Assembly (NCBI RefSeq): GCF_001194135.2
Contig: NC_068981.1
Coordinates: 198,755,377 to 198,808,790 of the forward strand
From: Octopus bimaculoides
Lineage: Eukaryota
DNA length: 53,414 nucleotides
Direction: 5' to 3'
Under the pieces are notes generated by a model. It worked only from the letters and a program-made list of their open reading frames with translations. It was not told the DNA's origin and ran no database searches. Below are positions 50,331-53,414 of the stretch, piece after piece. Made by a program: the position numbers and the translations under genes. Position 1 is the first letter of the stretch. The number at the start of each line of letters is the position of its first letter.

Positions 50331-51649
50331 CAATAATAATAATAATAATAATCCTTTCTACTATAGTCACAAAGCCTGAAATTTTGGGGGAGGGGATAAG
50401 TCAATCACATCGACCCCAGTACTCCACTGGTACTTATTTTATTGACCCTGAAAGGATGACTTACATCGACCTCTGTGTCAAGTTATAGTGATAACATTTA
50501 AATTTAATGTTTTATAATGACTGATAAAATATCAACTAAATGGAGAGAACAGGTCTGCTCTCTCCAGATTTATTACAGCTATTCTTAACATGAATACCAC
50601 AACCAACCAACCAACCAACCAACCAACCAGCCACCATTATCACTACCAGCAACAACAACAACAACAACAGTAGCAGCAATATGTTTCAGTGAATTTTCCC
50701 AGCAGACACCAATTTCAAACTTCATTCATGGACTTTGCAGAAATTCTTCACATTTTGTCTTGGGGCAAAATCATGTCATCTTAGAAGCAAATTCAGAGCT
50801 GTTGCTACTATATTTGGAGCCAAAGCTGGAATTATTCCTTGTAAATAATCATGTTTATTTAAAATTTGTGGATGGTTTCACAGCCTGGGGTAAGGTGAAA
50901 CTGAAGAGGACAAACAACAGTTTGGTGATGCTATTTCAATCTCTAGAAATATCAATTGTGGAACATAACCATAAATAATGATTCACTTGGTGAGAGAGGG
51001 TTTCTTACTTGTATAACCAGAAAGGAACTTGGCAGCAGAGAACAACAATGGCAAAGGATGTTGTGTGCATCTTGTCAAATGTTGTCTTCGTGCATGCACC
51101 AGTTGCTCTTTACACACACACGTGTGCATATGTGTGTGTTTAACGTATGTTTTCCATGCTGGCAGGGGTGAGATGGTTTGACTGAAAACTGGTAAGCTGC
51201 ACCAGGTTCCAATTTGATTTGATATGGTTTCTACAGCTGGATGCCCTTCCTAGCATGCCAACCACTCCAAGAGTGAAATGGGTGCTTTTTATGTGCTGGC
51301 TACATAACACTGGCACTGGCCATGACTACAATCTCACTTGGCTTGACAGGTCATCTCAAGTATGGTGTATCACCAAAGGCCCTCGGTCACTTGTCATTGC
51401 TTCCATGAAGCCAAACGTTCTAAGGCTGCTCTTTATGTGACACCAGCACAGGTGCCAATTACACGACACTGGCATCGGCCATGACTCTGATTTCACTTGG
51501 TTTAATGGGTCTTCTCAAGTGTGGCATATTCTTTTCTACTCTAGGCACAAGGCCCAAAATTTTGGGGAGCGGGCCAGTCGATTAGATCAACCTCAGTACA
51601 CAACTGGTACTTAATTTATTGACCCCAAAAGGATGAAAAGCAACACATG

Positions 51650-51790
51650 ACCTTACCAGTGCAGTCATCTCTCTTGCACACCACATCCGATGCTTCTTAT
51701 GCCCAACTTTTCTCTCAAGATGCTTACACTGACATTGCACATCCAGCAAACCATACTGGCTTCATTTCTTTCAAGCCTTCACATGTCCTC
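51650..51790 (-). mobile_element. Short RTE ORF fragment abutting the Tc1 remnant
   Basis: Homologous to about 35640-35800 and 3690-3830. Confidence 0.7.
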
Positions 51791-52364
51791 TCTATACTTG
51801 GATAATCCTTGCTGTTAACTTTGCCATGTAGAACAACTGAAGAGTCAACAGAATTCCTTGATATGGCTGCCCAAATCATCACAGAACTATCTCCCAACTT
51901 CATAGTGAGGGCCAAACAGTTACAGACTCTTTAGACACAAACTTTCCCCAAATTGGTAAAAAGGGTGACTGGTGATTCATCAGGGAGAAATGGACATAGT
52001 TTCTGGGACCACTTCTGATAATCTAGACATGACTTTTTACATTTCTCAATATTGATGATGGGGTACAGGAGACATTCAGCAATGGCAACCCTTCCTCCTT
52101 TCTATCCAGTTTTATGGAGCTCATGATGAACAGCGTTGATTGAGACATGGTCAGCAAGATGGAGGGCCTTTAGCCCTGCCCTCACCTGTGCTGCTGTAGT
52201 TTGATGCCTTTTTTTAGACACACTACCTTTCACTATTCTCTGGGCTTTGCTTTCCATCCAGAACCATGCTTACCAGAACTATGGTTTCACTTTGGTTTTG
52301 GAATGCTGATATGATTTTAAAGACTCTACCTCTTGGAACATTAAACAATTCACCAGTTTTAGTG
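51791..52364 (-). mobile_element. Decayed Tc1-like transposase fragment
   Basis: KRHQTTAAQV..L....VSINAVHHELHK (HTH), DES (first catalytic D) and SVMIWAAIS..S...VVLHGKVNSKDY. Several stops. Confidence 0.7.
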
Positions 52365-53097
52365 NNNNNNNNNNNNNNNNNNNNNNNNNNNNNNNNNNNN
52401 NNNNNNNNNNNNNNNNNNNNNNNNNNNNNNNNNNNNNNNNNNNNNNNNNNNNNNNNNNNNNNNNNNNNNNNNNNNNNNNNNNNNNNNNNTTTATCTTATT
52501 TAAATATAAATATTGGCCAAAAAGAAACAAAAACCAGAGAGCTGTATAATAAAGTGCAAGGCATATGTAATGCATATGAACCCATATAGATGGGTCCATA
52601 GACTGGAACAATTTTGAGTTTGTCATAATGGCAATCAAAAAAGTAGTTAAATAAAAAGTGGGGTTTCCATTTTGTGCAACATTTGTTAATATGATTGATT
52701 TCTTTCAGTTTCCATGTACGAAATCCACACACAAGGCTTTGATAAACATGGATTTTGCTGACTGTCTTGCACGAGTGATTTGTTTACAGTGGATCAAATA
52801 ATTGAGGTGTACATTAACTCACATTCATCCTCCATCAAATCGATGTTGTCTGAACAGGTGCATGGTGTAGCACACGTCAGGTGTGGGAGTGATTGCAGAG
52901 CAATGTGAGGTGAGGTGTTTTGCTCAACAACACAAGGCAACACCAGGTCCAGGAACTGAAACCATGACCTTGTAATCAGGAGTGCAATACCTTAACCACC
53001 AGGCCACACATACACACACATATACACTGACTTACACATGTACATATACATACATGCATATACACACTTACACATGTACAAATATATACATATATAT

Positions 53098-53414
53098 AGG
53101 CGCGGGAGTGGCTGTGTGGTAAGTAGCTTGCTTACCAACCACATGGTTCTGGGTTCAGTTCCACTGTGTGGCACCGTGGGCAAGTGTCTTCTACTATAGC
53201 CTCGGGCCGACCAAAGCCTTGTGAGTGGATTTGGTAGACGGAAACTGAAAGAAGCCCGTCGTATATATATATATATATATATATATGCATGTATATGTAT
53301 GTGTGTGTATATGTTTGTGTGTCTGTGTTTGTCCCCCCAACATCGCTTGACAACCGATGCTGGTGTGTTTACGTCCCCGTAACTTAGCGGTTTGGCAAAA
53401 GAAACCGATAGAAT
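53098..53414 (+). mobile_element. tRNA-derived SINE family 1 (CORE-like domain, internal microsatellite), well preserved, runs off the window
   Basis: A box (gtggctgtgtggtaag), B box (gggttcagttcc), CORE-like ggcaccgtgggcaagtgtc and an internal (TA)n/(TG)n. Resembles the octopus OR2-type CORE-SINE as I recall it; family name unverified. Confidence 0.85.

Overview
Eukaryotic, AT-rich, repeat-dense draft-assembly DNA with eight N gaps. The SINE, RTE and microsatellite content looks like an octopus genome (inference). The one supported protein-coding gene is on the minus strand: phosphatidate cytidylyltransferase / CDP-diacylglycerol synthase (Cds, homologous to vertebrate CDS1/CDS2). Eight GT-AG exons between 46658 and 23565 splice in frame into 353 C-terminal residues, including the [27 protein letters not shown] signature. 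The N-terminal exons were not found and probably lie beyond 53414. A transposon-free stretch of about 6 kb after the stop codon may be a long 3' UTR. The rest is decayed mobile DNA: RTE LINEs and many RTE 3' tails, R4/Dong-like RLE LINE ends in (TAA)n, three tRNA-derived SINE families, Tc1/mariner remnants and several foldback elements. The most striking observation is a near-canonical type I hammerhead ribozyme at 39987..39859 on the minus strand, i.e. in the sense of the Cds pre-mRNA. It has an 84-nt structured stem II insertion and a palindromic stem III loop, and sits inside an element with 175-bp inverted repeats, one of which ends 4 nt from the predicted cleavage site. Everything was read by eye; no searches or folding programs were run.
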